Shown piece after piece: positions 1 to 10,653 of a stretch of 64,000 nt of DNA. Every line of letters starts with the position of its first letter. Within the stretch, counting starts at the first letter, position 1. Location of the stretch: positions 608-64,607 of the forward strand of contig JANPDG010000143.1 in assembly GCA_031431335.1 (NCBI GenBank), in the 5' to 3' direction. Origin of the DNA: Polaromonas sp. (lineage in GTDB: Bacteria > Pseudomonadota > Gammaproteobacteria > Burkholderiales > Burkholderiaceae_C). The translations under genes and the position numbers were made by a program. The notes below the pieces were generated by a model. The model was not told the origin of the DNA and did no database searches. It saw only the letters and a list, made by a program, of their open reading frames with translations.

Positions 1-440
1 CGCAGCATGCGGTTGAAAAATCCGATATTGAGCTCGCGCGAGGCAACAGCCTCAGGGCTGTCAGGCGGCAATACCTCTACCTCCACCCCCGCGTCCCGCA
101 GCATCTGCACCCCACGGCCCGACACCAATGGGTTAGGGTCGAGCACCGCCACCACCACTTTGGCGATACCCGCCTCAATCAAAGCATGACAACACGGCGG
201 CGTGCGCCCAAAGTGAGAGCAGGGCTCTAAAGTCACATAAGCCGTAGCGCCTTTGACCGAGATGCCCCGAGACGCCGCGTCCAGCAGAGCCATGACTTCA
301 GCATGGTCGTGGCCTCGGGGTTGGGTGTGGCCGAATGCAATTGTTACCTTGTCCGTTGTAGATCGTAGTAGCACACAGCCAACACTTGGATTGGGCGCAC
401 ATTTTGATTTTGACGCGTGCAACATGGCAAGGTTCATCAT
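1..440 (-). CDS. ribD: Riboflavin biosynthesis protein RibD, N-terminal deaminase domain (5' part only; gene runs off left edge)
   Basis: Own reverse-strand translation from ATG (complement of 438-440): MMNLAMLHASKSKCAPNPSVGCVLL...GHDHAEVMALLDAASRGISVKGATAYVTLEPCSHFGRTPPCCHALIEAGIAKVVVAVLDPNPLVSGRG. HAE and PCSHFGRTPPC zinc-deaminase motifs present. Not in ORF track because no stop lies in the window. Confidence 0.85.
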   Translation of the reverse strand, partial: MMNLAMLHASKSKCAPNPSVGCVLLRSTTDKVTIAFGHTQPRGHDHAEVMALLDAASRGISVKGATAYVTLEPCSHFGRTPPCCHALIEAGIAKVVVAVLDPNPLVSGRGVQMLRDAGVEVEVLPPDSPEAVASRELNIGFFNRML

Positions 441-551
441 GTCAAGCTTGCGGCGTTAAGGCTGGTCATTAAATTACCGTTGATTCGTGTGATGAAACCG
501 TTCATCAGTCATACACATATTGTTTAAGTGTATTTGATTAACATACATGTT

Positions 552-1166
552 ATGAAATGCAAGTCTCCAAGTCATAATAATTTTAGACACTTCACAACCC
601 CTAAATTTTTTTTAGGGTTTTCCCTGGTAGAGGTCATGGTTGTAGTGGCAATCATAGGTATTTTGGCTGCATTGGCTGCGCCATCTTTTACTGAATTGCT
701 GAGAAATAACAGACTGACCAGTGCATCTTCTGCTTTACAAGTGTCACTAAATTTAGCTAGATCAGAGGCTATAAAACGCGGATTTGATGCAAAGGTCACC
801 GTTGCAGCGAACACAACTGCCGGTGCTTGGACAAACGGATGGACTGTTTTTGAAGACAAAACGACGAACGCAAACGGTTCTGTTGGCTTGGCTGCATCTG
901 GGGTAAACGGTACCCAACTAGAAATCGTGGCTGCACCCTCTGGTCCGTTGAGTGCAAGTCTAACGTTCCCTACGCTCAATTCATTTACTTACAACGGCCA
1001 AGGTCGAATTATTGATCCCTCAACGGGCGTAAGTGGGGTAACCAATAAATCTTTTTGGTTTTTTGATGGCGCAAGTCAGAGATATTGTTTGGTATTAAAC
1101 AATTCTGGCAGAGTTCGAATAGCACGCGTGGATAGCGCCACTGCATGCCCTTCCGATACTAATTAA
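552..1166 (+). CDS. fimT: Type IV pilus minor pilin, FimT/FimU (GspH) family
   Basis: Prepilin motif [27 protein letters not shown] followed by LRNNRLTSASSALQVSLNLARSEAIKRG. First gene of the minor-pilin operon. In-frame ATG at 552 preferred over GTG at 528. Confidence 0.75.
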   Translation: MKCKSPSHNNFRHFTTPKFFLGFSLVEVMVVVAIIGILAALAAPSFTELLRNNRLTSASSALQVSLNLARSEAIKRGFDAKVTVAANTTAGAWTNGWTVFEDKTTNANGSVGLAASGVNGTQLEIVAAPSGPLSASLTFPTLNSFTYNGQGRIIDPSTGVSGVTNKSFWFFDGASQRYCLVLNNSGRVRIARVDSATACPSDTN

Positions 1167-1180
1167 ATTACAAATTAAAA

Positions 1181-1726
1181 ATGCAAACTCACCGTAAAAA
1201 AAACACCTTGCAAGTATCGGGCTTGCTTGGTTTCAGGCCTAGCAAAGAATTGCTAGGCTTTAGTTTGATAGAGGTTTTAGTAACTTTAGTTATCTTGTCT
1301 CTTGGTCTTTTGGGTGTTGCTGGGTTGTTGGTAAGTGGTATATCTAACGCGGCATCCTCTGAATCTACATCTAAGGCGAATCAGTTGGCTGCAGATATGG
1401 CTGATCGCATAAGGGCAAATTCTGCTGTTGGAGCATCGGCTACAAGCGAATACATCACAACTTACTCTGAAACTGCTACATCAATTGGTACAGGCACTCT
1501 CAGTATTGCTAGAAAAGATAAAAGCGATTGGTTGCAGTCGCTTGAAACGCAGCTGCCGCAAGGTCGGGGTCAAATCAGTAGCTCCTCCAGCGGATCGGTA
1601 CGCAAGCTGGATATTGAAATTCGCTGGAACAACTGCTTCGGTACATTAAGCCAGGACGATAAAGACAGTTGCACAACTACTTCTGCGGCTAGCTACAAAA
1701 CTGTGACCTATGAGCTGCACCTATGA
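1181..1726 (+). CDS. pilV: Type IV pilus modification/minor pilin protein PilV
   Basis: N-terminal LLG/FSLIEVLVTLVILSLGLLGVAGLL prepilin-like segment. Lies between fimT and pilW. Confidence 0.8.
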   Translation: MQTHRKKNTLQVSGLLGFRPSKELLGFSLIEVLVTLVILSLGLLGVAGLLVSGISNAASSESTSKANQLAADMADRIRANSAVGASATSEYITTYSETATSIGTGTLSIARKDKSDWLQSLETQLPQGRGQISSSSSGSVRKLDIEIRWNNCFGTLSQDDKDSCTTTSAASYKTVTYELHL

Positions 1727-2901
1727 CTGATAGAACCCGTAAATTTACCCCTCGAACGCATCTGGGCTTTACTCTGGTTGAGCTGCTAGTTGCTCTTGCA
1801 TTGGGATTATTTGTATTGATTGGTTTGACATCGGTTTTTGTTGCTGTTAAACAGTCGTTCCGATTTCAAGAAACCAGTGGCAGACTGCAAGAAGATGCTG
1901 GTTTCGCGCTTGATACCATTTCTAGAGATCTACGTATGGCTGGTCAAGCTGGATGCTTGGGGGTAAGCAAAATAACTACTGGAACTGGACCTTCGGCAGT
2001 AAGCACTTATTTTCCTGGCAGTGTAATTGGTCCTGGGTATGCAAACGGACTTGGTATGGCGAATCCAATGTCACAAGTTCTAACTTCGGAGGTCGAAGTG
2101 ACTGCACAGCCTATGACTGCATTTAACTTTGTGCGCGGATTTGACGGCATACCAGCAGCGATGTTTTCAAGTTCACCACCTTCAAACGCGGCGACAGATA
2201 GCTTATTCTTTATGGGAGCCAGTTCTAAAGCGGTTGCTTTGAGCGCACCAATGACCGTTGCCAACTCTGCATTGACTATTGCATCAGACCCATTCAATTG
2301 GCGAAGTGCGAGTAACAATACGCGCACATTCATTATTTCTAATTGTGCATCTTCTAGTGTTTTTATTGGACAAACATCAGCACTTGGTGCTGGGGCGCAA
2401 ATTGTGCATGGCACAGCGCAGGGAAATTCTGTAGATAGTTTTACTTCCAGTACAGTTTTTGGTACAGACACAGTTGTCATGCCTCTTGAGTGGAGTTTTT
2501 ACTATGTTGCAACACGGGCAGGTGCTGACACCCCAAGCCTGTATCGTATTTTTTATAATGGATCAGACCGTTCTAATGCAGAAGAAATAGTATCTAACGT
2601 TGAGAGCATGCAAGTTCATTATGGTGAGAGTAATTTAGATGCTACATCGGGTCTTTCAACCTTAAAGGTAGATGTCTGGCGCACTAGTCCAGGTGCGGTG
2701 AGTGACTGGTCACGCGTGGTCGCAGTGCGTGTCGGGCTGATGCTTGTGAGCTCTCTGGACAACGCAAATCCCGGCGTTACTCTCACTACCCCTACTTTAC
2801 TTGGGGCGACCTACACGCTACCTACTGGTGCATCTGCTAATCGTTTACGCAAAGAATTTTCTACTACAGTAGTTCTCCGTAATGCTGTGGCTGCTCGCTA
2901 A
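1723..2901 (+). CDS. pilW: Type IV pilus assembly protein PilW
   Basis: HLG/FTLVELLVALALGLFVLIGLTSVF N-terminus, 392 aa. ATG overlaps the pilV stop (ATGA). Confidence 0.8.
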   Translation: MTDRTRKFTPRTHLGFTLVELLVALALGLFVLIGLTSVFVAVKQSFRFQETSGRLQEDAGFALDTISRDLRMAGQAGCLGVSKITTGTGPSAVSTYFPGSVIGPGYANGLGMANPMSQVLTSEVEVTAQPMTAFNFVRGFDGIPAAMFSSSPPSNAATDSLFFMGASSKAVALSAPMTVANSALTIASDPFNWRSASNNTRTFIISNCASSSVFIGQTSALGAGAQIVHGTAQGNSVDSFTSSTVFGTDTVVMPLEWSFYYVATRAGADTPSLYRIFYNGSDRSNAEEIVSNVESMQVHYGESNLDATSGLSTLKVDVWRTSPGAVSDWSRVVAVRVGLMLVSSLDNANPGVTLTTPTLLGATYTLPTGASANRLRKEFSTTVVLRNAVAAR

Positions 2902-2907
2902 AACTAT

Positions 2908-3537
2908 ATGCTAGTCAACATGCAAACCAAGAATCAACTTTCTATGTCTCAAGCCAATGTTTGTGCCGAGATGAATGATGCTTGTGACTGCGTTCGCGTA
3001 GATCACCCAAGATCAAAAAAGCAGCGCGGCATGACTTTACTCATTGGCTTAATTTTATTGGCTATGCTAACGGTAATTAGTATTATTGGTTTTCGTAATA
3101 CTACTTTGTCTGAGAGAATCACCGGAAATTCAGTTGATAGAAATACTTCTTTTCAGTCGGCTGAAAACGCAGGCAAAGAGGCCATAGGCAAGATAGTTGA
3201 TGGTTTATTCGTGCCTGGAACTGCCGGGTACTACAGTACACCTTTACCGCTTGGTGGAAATTCTGAGCACTGGACTAAAGGCGTGAGTACTGGTTCGATT
3301 GCCTATGCATCGTGCGCAAACAATGTTCCTTTTCACTGGGAAAGCTGTGCTGCAGAAGTCCCAACAATCTACGCAAGGAACAGATTTAAAGCTCAATACG
3401 TGATTGAGCTTTTATCTTCTTCCAGCAGTGGCGGAAGTACAGTTTCAAATTACCGCATATCTTCTCGAAGCACTGGCGGTTCTGGTACAGCTGAAGTTGT
3501 TTTGCAAACCATTTATACGCGCACTACCACGCCCTAG
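2908..3537 (+). CDS. pilX: Type IV pilus minor pilin PilX-like protein
   Basis: PilX-type N-terminal hydrophobic segment KKQRGMTLLIGLILLAMLTVISIIGFRNTTLSERITGN. Lies between pilW and pilY1. True start uncertain (several in-frame ATGs). Confidence 0.7.
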   Translation: MLVNMQTKNQLSMSQANVCAEMNDACDCVRVDHPRSKKQRGMTLLIGLILLAMLTVISIIGFRNTTLSERITGNSVDRNTSFQSAENAGKEAIGKIVDGLFVPGTAGYYSTPLPLGGNSEHWTKGVSTGSIAYASCANNVPFHWESCAAEVPTIYARNRFKAQYVIELLSSSSSGGSTVSNYRISSRSTGGSGTAEVVLQTIYTRTTTP

Positions 3538-3575
3538 TGTTGCAATTTAAAGAATAAAATTTTGGAGAACTAGCT

Positions 3576-6500
3576 ATGAATATTCAAGCTATCAAATCTA
3601 CTACACGAACATTTGCATTGGGCGCATTTTTCGCTCTAAGCTCATTGTTATGTTTATCGTCTCAAGCCGCAACTACTGTTGACTTGGCGTCGACTCCACT
3701 CTTGGCTCTTAAAAATGCCCCAGGTCTGGTCATGTTGAATATGAGCCGTGACCATCGTCTTTTATACGCTGCTTACAACGATACCTCTGACATTAATGGA
3801 GACGGTGCTATTGATGTCGGATTCAAACCCGACATAACGTATTATGGTTACTTTGTTAGCGATCGCTGCTACAGTTACTCTAACTCTGACGGACATTACA
3901 GGCCTCGCAGTATAGCAAGTACAACGACCGGATGCAAAAGCGCCCCTAACACTGCAAGATGGCATGGTAATTGGCTTAATTGGGTAAATACTTCTAGGAT
4001 GGACTCACTTCGCAAAGTCCTCTATGGCGGTTACAGGTCTGAAGACACTACAACTCGAACAATACTAGAGGCTGTGCACATTCCTGGCGACAGTCATGTT
4101 TGGGGTAAGGAGTACCGTCCTACCAACGTAGGAGGCCCGGATGCTTACGACATCAGTCACTACGCTAGACTGGATATGCCGGGCACGGGACAAATGCATA
4201 TCTTTCTGCAAAAAAGCGAAGGCAGTGCAGCAAACGTTTATACGGGCAGACAGCCGCCTACACTCCGTGTTGCAAAAAACGTAGATGCTAATATTGACCG
4301 CGTGTGGATTTGGGCATCGAGTGAGCGCCCTATTGGTAATGCAAACGGCGACTTTAGCTACAACAGGCCTTCTTATAGTTTTGTGAACGGGTTGCCTGGT
4401 TACAAAAATCGTCCTACACCCTACGATGCTAAGAATTTCCCTGCTGAATTCACGCTAATCGGCCGGGTACGTGCCTGCGTTGCTATATCTGGCAATCGAG
4501 AAGCTGGTTGTGTTGGTTACCCTGCTGCAAACCCGACTGTTTGGAAGCCCACTGGCGTGCTTCATGAATACTCGGTGAACGACGCTTTAAAATTTGGCCT
4601 CATCACTGGTAGCTATCAAAACAATTATTCTGGTGGTGTCGTGCGTAAAGACATTGAATCTTTTCAAAACGAAATTGATCCTGCCACAGGTATTTTTACA
4701 GCAACCAATGGCATTGCTAAAACTATTAACGCGGTCGGTACCTACGGCTACGATGGCGTAGGAAGTTACGAGTATGAGTGCGGCTTTCTGTTCAACGCGC
4801 TTAGGCCACAGTCATCGTGTCATATGTGGGGATCCCCAGTAGCAGAAATGATGTACGAGGGCCTGCGATACTTTGGCGGTAAAGCTCCTACAGCAGCTTT
4901 TACTGCAAACGTCGATGCATCAGACAGTCCCGATACACGGTTGGGTTTGCCATTGGTATCTACGTGGGCTAATCCATATCGGCCTAAAAATTCTGGGGGA
5001 AGTCCTATCTGCTCTAAGCCTGTGCAAATGGTGATTGCCGACCCTATTACGAGTTTTGATTCTGATCAGTTGCCTGGTGCAGCCTTTCCGATTGTTTCGG
5101 CAAATGGAGCCGCCTTGAATGCTGATTCAGAAAAGCTGAATCTCTTAAGTCCACTGAATGTGTCTGCGCAGGCAAATACAATCTGGGCCAGCGAAATACT
5201 AGGGACTACAACTGTGACCACAGTAGCTGGCACAACCGCCACAGTAGCTCCTGGCACTTTGTATGGTTTAGTCAATAATTTCTTTATGGGTCAAACCACG
5301 TTAGCTAATTCTGACGGCAACCCCACCGCTAAAGCCGCGACAACTTTTGCAACTATGCGAGGCCACGGGCCTGACGAAACTAACACTCAGGGTAGCTACT
5401 ACGCTGCCAGCGTAGCAAGATATGGACAGAAGACAGGTATTGATATCTCTGATGGGGCTGGAGGAACGCGCGTAACATCGGTTGATCAAATTTCAGTTGC
5501 TCTAGGTTCAGTGGTTCCTCGAATTGAATTTAAATACAACAACCAAAATATCACCATAGTTCCGCTGTCTAAATCTGTAAGTGGGGGTAGTATTGCCTCT
5601 GCCAACAGCGTTCCAAATGGTTTTCAGCCCACTGGTTTAATCACACTTCTTTATTTTGATCAAATTCATAACACCTCACCGTCTAACACAACGTCTACAG
5701 TCAACGGAGGACGGCCATTTTTGCGATTCATGGCTAGTTTTTCAGATATCGATCAAGGTGCTGACAATGAGGCTGACGCTAACGTGTATTACACAGTTTT
5801 GATTGATACTTCGGGGCAGCTACAAATTCAAACTGACGCGTATTACGAAGCGGGCGGTATTAAGCAGAATATGGGCTATATTATTTCTGGAACCACTAAA
5901 GATGGCGTTTATTTAGAGGTGGCAGATGAAGGAGATAACCCAGTTTATTATTTAGATACATTGACAGGGCAAGATCCTGCTCCATCGGTAGGAAGAACAG
6001 TCGTAAACCCCACTCGACTACCTTCGTCGAATTTACGGACATTCACCTTGGGCGCGGGCAGTGGGGCAACTTTTGTGCCTAAAGATCCGCTTTGGTACGC
6101 CGCCAAGTACGGCGGTGCGGGCGTAGTTGACAGCAAAGGCGATCCTACCAATTATTTTAGAATCACTAATCCCTCTGAGCTTCCCACACAAATGGGCAAA
6201 GCTTTCAAGAGTGCTGCGTCACTAGCTGCGGTCGCTAGTACCAGTGTGGTGGGTGTAGGGCAGCGTAGTGCAGGTTCTGCTGCAGTCTATCAAGCCAACT
6301 ATGACTCGTTGACATGGTCTTCTCGGCTGTATTCTTTTAAAGTTCAGCCTAGCGGCGCGGTTTCAAACACCGCAACATGGGAAGTATCTGAAAAGATACC
6401 TGATCCAAGTTTGCGCGCTAACATGTATCTTGGCCGCGGAGCAACAGCGCCTTTCAACTTAACGCCGTCCAACTATGCCTCATTGACTGCCGCTGAAAAA

Positions 6501-8189
6501 ACTGATTTTGGTGGAACCCCCACGTATACCTACTTGTTGGGTGACAAAAGCGGCGAGGAGCGCAAAGGTGGAAATTTCCGTAACCGCGGCACCACCGCCG
6601 GAGGAGAGTATGGCTCGGTATTAGGTGACATAGTTAACTCTGACCCGCAAATCATATCCAAGAAGGATTATGACTACGCTTCAAGTGATGTTGACTACAC
6701 TACATTTCTGAACGGGATTGATTTTGAAATGCTGGCCGTTGGCACTAACAATGGTTTCTTTCATATCTTTGACGCAGAAGCCGATGCTAGCGGTGGTGGA
6801 GAATTACTAGCCTTCATGCCACAAGCAGCTCGTCGTGATATTAAGGATCTGGCATCACGCGACTATAAGCACCGCAACTTTGTTGATGGTCCTATCGGCG
6901 TAGGTCATGCCAAGATCGCTGTGCCGGGCGATCCTACTGCAAGATGGCGTACAGTGGCAATCGGTGCTGGTGGCGATGGTGCACAAACTGTGTTTGCTGT
7001 GGATGCCTCAACTAAAACTTTTACTGCTAACAGTATTTTGTGGGAAATTAACACCGCAACTCTCACAGTTAATGCGCCGACTCAGGTCGCCAAATTTGGA
7101 AATATTATGGGCAAACCTGCTTTAGGCAAGTTGTCTGATGGAACTTGGGTCGCTATTTTCGGTAATGGCTACAACAGCACTGGAGGACAGTCACATTTGT
7201 TTGTAGTTCGTTTAGATACTGGTGCTATTGTGAGAGTCATCTCTACCAACTCTACAACTGGGAACGGGCTAGGATCGATTGAAATCGTGCGTAAAACATC
7301 TGGCAATCGCGATACGATTGATTATGTTTATGGCTCTGATTTCAGAGGCCAAGTTTGGAGATTTAACCCCAATGTAAACACTGCTGGTGCCTTGATTTAT
7401 AAAACTCCGAATGGACGCCCTATCACCGCAGAAATTAAAGTGGATGACGCGCCTGCCAGCCCATTGACCACTGGCGGCAAGATGGTGTACTTTGGAACAG
7501 GGAGTTACCTTAGCCCTACGGACCCCAGCACTACAACCACTCAGGCGCTGTATGGTGTCTATGATGACTTGGTTCACAGCATTAATACGAGCGCTTTTGC
7601 GGCAGAGACAGACTTAACTTTTAATTCCTTGCTGGCCACTGCCGGAGCCGATACTCGCTCTAGCACTTCATCCGTCACCCCTGCTTGGTACACAGTTACT
7701 GGCAAAAAAGGATGGGTTTTAGAGCTAACAGGCACCAACGTGCAAGCTGGCGAGCGTGTTATTGCACCACCAGTGCGCTATAAAGTTAGCGGGGTCGTGG
7801 ATGCTTTTTTATTCACATCTATCGTGCCTGGTACTGATGATTGCGAGCCCGGTATCAACTCATGGATTACAGGCGTTGATGCGCTTACTGGGGGCTATGC
7901 CAAAGTATTTAGGAATAATATAGAAAACTCTGTGCGAGTATCTGGAGGATCACCAAGGGGTGTTTTTGTATTATCGGATGGCGGAAGACCCGTACTATTT
8001 ACGAGCCAAACAGTGTTTAATAATTCTATAGTTACAAGTAGTTATATAACTGGCACCGGCGGCGATCAAAGCGTGAGTATTAACGGCGTGGTTGGACGAA
8101 CCCGCATCTTGTCTATTGATCTGAATGCAGCTGAGCCAGCGCCAGGAAGCAATGTGAATAGCAGACAAGTCTGGCGTCAGCTCAAGTAA
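3576..8189 (+). CDS. pilY1: Type IV pilus tip-associated adhesin PilY1/PilC family, unusually long (1537 aa)
   Basis: RBS GGAGA before the ATG and a signal peptide. Motifs [21 protein letters not shown] and ELLAFMP are typical of the PilY1/PilC C-terminal propeller. DINGDGAID is a Ca-binding-like loop near the N-terminus. Operon position after pilX. Confidence 0.85.
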   Translation: MNIQAIKSTTRTFALGAFFALSSLLCLSSQAATTVDLASTPLLALKNAPGLVMLNMSRDHRLLYAAYNDTSDINGDGAIDVGFKPDITYYGYFVSDRCYSYSNSDGHYRPRSIASTTTGCKSAPNTARWHGNWLNWVNTSRMDSLRKVLYGGYRSEDTTTRTILEAVHIPGDSHVWGKEYRPTNVGGPDAYDISHYARLDMPGTGQMHIFLQKSEGSAANVYTGRQPPTLRVAKNVDANIDRVWIWASSERPIGNANGDFSYNRPSYSFVNGLPGYKNRPTPYDAKNFPAEFTLIGRVRACVAISGNREAGCVGYPAANPTVWKPTGVLHEYSVNDALKFGLITGSYQNNYSGGVVRKDIESFQNEIDPATGIFTATNGIAKTINAVGTYGYDGVGSYEYECGFLFNALRPQSSCHMWGSPVAEMMYEGLRYFGGKAPTAAFTANVDASDSPDTRLGLPLVSTWANPYRPKNSGGSPICSKPVQMVIADPITSFDSDQLPGAAFPIVSANGAALNADSEKLNLLSPLNVSAQANTIWASEILGTTTVTTVAGTTATVAPGTLYGLVNNFFMGQTTLANSDGNPTAKAATTFATMRGHGPDETNTQGSYYAASVARYGQKTGIDISDGAGGTRVTSVDQISVALGSVVPRIEFKYNNQNITIVPLSKSVSGGSIASANSVPNGFQPTGLITLLYFDQIHNTSPSNTTSTVNGGRPFLRFMASFSDIDQGADNEADANVYYTVLIDTSGQLQIQTDAYYEAGGIKQNMGYIISGTTKDGVYLEVADEGDNPVYYLDTLTGQDPAPSVGRTVVNPTRLPSSNLRTFTLGAGSGATFVPKDPLWYAAKYGGAGVVDSKGDPTNYFRITNPSELPTQMGKAFKSAASLAAVASTSVVGVGQRSAGSAAVYQANYDSLTWSSRLYSFKVQPSGAVSNTATWEVSEKIPDPSLRANMYLGRGATAPFNLTPSNYASLTAAEKTDFGGTPTYTYLLGDKSGEERKGGNFRNRGTTAGGEYGSVLGDIVNSDPQIISKKDYDYASSDVDYTTFLNGIDFEMLAVGTNNGFFHIFDAEADASGGGELLAFMPQAARRDIKDLASRDYKHRNFVDGPIGVGHAKIAVPGDPTARWRTVAIGAGGDGAQTVFAVDASTKTFTANSILWEINTATLTVNAPTQVAKFGNIMGKPALGKLSDGTWVAIFGNGYNSTGGQSHLFVVRLDTGAIVRVISTNSTTGNGLGSIEIVRKTSGNRDTIDYVYGSDFRGQVWRFNPNVNTAGALIYKTPNGRPITAEIKVDDAPASPLTTGGKMVYFGTGSYLSPTDPSTTTTQALYGVYDDLVHSINTSAFAAETDLTFNSLLATAGADTRSSTSSVTPAWYTVTGKKGWVLELTGTNVQAGERVIAPPVRYKVSGVVDAFLFTSIVPGTDDCEPGINSWITGVDALTGGYAKVFRNNIENSVRVSGGSPRGVFVLSDGGRPVLFTSQTVFNNSIVTSSYITGTGGDQSVSINGVVGRTRILSIDLNAAEPAPGSNVNSRQVWRQLK

Positions 8190-8212
8190 TTATTAAAAAC
8201 AGAGGTGAAAAA

Positions 8213-8647
8213 TTGAAATTAATCACGAAAAATCGCGGATTCACTTTGATTGAATTAATGATTGTTGTTGCGATCATCGGAATCTTGGCGGCCATTGCGA
8301 TACCTTCTTATCAGCAATATATTGCTCGAGGTAACAGGTCGGCTGCTAAATCGGTTCTACTTGAAGTTGCGCAGTTTATGGAGCGATATCGGTCTAGTAA
8401 TTTTCGCTACTCCACAGCTATAAACGGCACAACAGCTCCAACTTTGCCTACAGGCTTGCAGCAGGCACCCCAATCTGGTACTGCTAGATATAACATTGCT
8501 GTAACCACTGTGAGTGAGACAGCTTTTTTACTAACTGCCACACCAACAGGTTGGACCGATGCGCTGTGCGGTAACTTGACTTTGGATAATTTGGGGCAAA
8601 AAAGTGAAAGTGGAACTGGCGACCTCGCCGAGTGTTGGAATCGTTAA
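8213..8647 (+). CDS. pilE: Type IV pilin PilE-like (minor pilin)
   Basis: TTG start after [54 protein letters not shown] is a classic class III signal peptide plus alpha1 helix. C-terminal Cys pair. Confidence 0.85.
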   Translation: MKLITKNRGFTLIELMIVVAIIGILAAIAIPSYQQYIARGNRSAAKSVLLEVAQFMERYRSSNFRYSTAINGTTAPTLPTGLQQAPQSGTARYNIAVTTVSETAFLLTATPTGWTDALCGNLTLDNLGQKSESGTGDLAECWNR

Positions 8648-8669
8648 TTGCTAGAGCCTATATTCGACA

Positions 8670-9119
8670 TCACCTCTTCACCTCATCCACCAGCGCCCGA
8701 AACTCATCAATATCCTCAAAACTGCGGTAAACGCTGGCAAAGCGCACGTAGGCCACTTTATCTAGCTTCTTTAATTCCCGCATCACTAGCTCGCCTAGGC
8801 GGGGGCTGGGGACTTCGCGCTGGCCTAGGTTTAGTAGCTTTTCTTCGATGCGCTCTATGGCGCTGTCTACCTGCTCGGTGCTGACGGGGCGTTTGCGCAG
8901 GGCGAGGTTGAAGCTGGCTTGCAGCTTGCTACGCTCATACTCTATGCGGCGGCCGTCTTTTTTGACCACGGCCGGAAAGTTGACCTCGGGGCGTTCGTAG
9001 GTGGTGAAGCGCTTTTCACATGCGCCGCACTGGCGGCGGCGGCGGATAAAGCCCGCGTCTTCAGAGATGCGCGTTTCGACCACTTGGGTGTCGAGGTGGT
9101 TGCAAAACGGGCATTTCAT
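8670..9119 (-). CDS. nrdR: Transcriptional repressor NrdR
   Basis: [42 protein letters not shown] zinc ribbon plus ATP-cone, 149 aa. Confidence 0.97.
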   Translation of the reverse strand: MKCPFCNHLDTQVVETRISEDAGFIRRRRQCGACEKRFTTYERPEVNFPAVVKKDGRRIEYERSKLQASFNLALRKRPVSTEQVDSAIERIEEKLLNLGQREVPSPRLGELVMRELKKLDKVAYVRFASVYRSFEDIDEFRALVDEVKR

Positions 9120-9134
9120 CTGTTGTTAACTGCT

Positions 9135-9200
9135 TTAGGTAACTTTTTAAGCACTTTTCCGACGTGGATATTAAATAGTTCGCTATATATTTAATAGCGA
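9135..9200 (+). repeat. AT-rich ~65-bp interspersed repeat, copy A
   Basis: TTTAGGTAACTTTTTAAGCACTTTTCCGACGTGGATATTAAATAGTTCGCTATATATTTAATAGCG. Lies between the glyA stop and the nrdR start. Confidence 0.9.
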
Positions 9201-9208
9201 CCTACGGC

Positions 9209-10453
9209 TTAGCCATAGACCGGGAAGCGGCTGGTCAGCGCCACCACTTTGGCGCGCACGGCCTCAATATTGGCTGCGTCGCGCGGGTTGTCTAGTACGT
9301 CGGCTATCAGGTGGGCTGTGGCGCGGGCTTCTTCTTCTTTAAAGCCGCGGGTGGTCATGGCGGGGGTGCCTATGCGGATGCCGCTGGTGACCATCGGCTT
9401 TTCTGGGTCTTTGGGGATGGCGTTTTTGTTGATGGTCATGTAAGCGTCGCCCAAAATAGTCTCAGCGTCCTTGCCTGTAATGCCCTTCGAGCGCAGGTCA
9501 ACCAGCATCAGGTGGCTCTCGGTGCGGCCGCTGACAATGCGCAGGCCGCGCTGCACCAGCGTTTCGGCTACGACCACAGCGTTTCTCATGATTTGCTGTT
9601 GGTACACCTTAAAGCTGGGCTCCAGTGCTTCTTTGAATGCTATCGCTTTGGCAGCAATGACATGCATCAGCGGGCCGCCTTGCAGGCCAGGGAATATGGC
9701 GCTGTTGATGGCTTTTTCGTGCTCGGCTTTCATCAATATGATGCCTCCGCGCGGGCCGCGCAGGCTTTTGTGGGTGGTGCTGGTGACCACGTCGGCAAAC
9801 GGCACGGGGCTAGGGTACACGCCGCCGGCAATCAGGCCAGAGTAGTGCGCCATGTCGACCATAAATATCGCGCCAACCGCCTTGGCCACCTTGGCAAAGC
9901 GCTCAAAGTCGATGCGCAGAGCATAGGCTGACGCGCCAGCGATGATGAGCTTGGGCTTGTGCTCATGCGCCAACGCTTCCATTTTGTCGTAGTCGATCTC
10001 CTCGGCTTCGTTCAGGCCGTAGCTCACCACGTTAAACCATTTGCCGCTCATGTTCAGCGGCATGCCGTGGGTCAAGTGACCGCCTTCGGCCAGGCTCATG
10101 CCCATGATGGTGTCGCCGGGCTTTAAAAATGCCAAAAACACCGCTTGGTTGGCAGACGCGCCGCAGTGCGGCTGCACGTTGGCGGCTTCTGCGCCATAAA
10201 GCTGTTTGAGGCGGTTAATGGCCAGCGTTTCGGCCACGTCTACGTTCACGCAGCCGCCGTAGTAGCGCTTGCCTGGGTAGCCTTCGGCGTATTTGTTGGT
10301 CAGCTGGGTGCCTTGGGCGGCCATGACGGCGGGGGAGGCGTAGTTCTCAGAGGCAATCAGCTCAATATGGTGCTCTTGGCGGGCGTTCTCGGCCACGATA
10401 GAGGCGTACAGCTCAGGGTCGGCTTGTTCGATAAGGATGTTACGGTTGAACAT
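9209..10453 (-). CDS. glyA: Serine hydroxymethyltransferase
   Basis: 414 aa. [14 protein letters not shown] and [12 protein letters not shown] (PLP lysine) motifs. Confidence 0.97.
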   Translation of the reverse strand: MFNRNILIEQADPELYASIVAENARQEHHIELIASENYASPAVMAAQGTQLTNKYAEGYPGKRYYGGCVNVDVAETLAINRLKQLYGAEAANVQPHCGASANQAVFLAFLKPGDTIMGMSLAEGGHLTHGMPLNMSGKWFNVVSYGLNEAEEIDYDKMEALAHEHKPKLIIAGASAYALRIDFERFAKVAKAVGAIFMVDMAHYSGLIAGGVYPSPVPFADVVTSTTHKSLRGPRGGIILMKAEHEKAINSAIFPGLQGGPLMHVIAAKAIAFKEALEPSFKVYQQQIMRNAVVVAETLVQRGLRIVSGRTESHLMLVDLRSKGITGKDAETILGDAYMTINKNAIPKDPEKPMVTSGIRIGTPAMTTRGFKEEEARATAHLIADVLDNPRDAANIEAVRAKVVALTSRFPVYG

Positions 10454-10494
10454 GGTGTGGCAGTCCTAGGTTGGTAAGGAGTGTCCTCTAAGAG

Positions 10495-10600
10495 TAGAGG
10501 CTGCCCAGGCGAACGGCTAAAACGCGAATCATGCGCCCCAAGGCGCACAGTGCGGCACGCTCCCTAGTGGTGGCCCACGTCGGCGCTGGTGCTTTTGTGA
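10495..10600 (-). promoter_or_regulatory. Candidate ZTP (pfl-motif) riboswitch in the glyA leader (tentative)
   Basis: Minus strand reads GUGGGCCACCAC-UA-GGGAGC ... UGCGCC-UUGG-GGCGCA ... GUUCGCCUGGGCAG, then a CCUCUA/UAGAGG hairpin, then the glyA ATG. This resembles the ZTP P2-GGGGAGC and CCGCCUGGGCA blocks. The GACUGGCG pseudoknot partner is not evident. Confidence 0.35.
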
Positions 10601-10653
10601 AAAAAAGCCAGCGCCTATCGCCAGTTGCGTACAGGCCTAAGTGTACCTTAAGC

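Noticed and set aside
10570-10582. A 9-nt match (CCACGTCGG) to the repeat core in the glyA leader
   Set aside because: Only 9 nt match and there is no flanking similarity. That is roughly what chance predicts in 128 kb of two-strand sequence.
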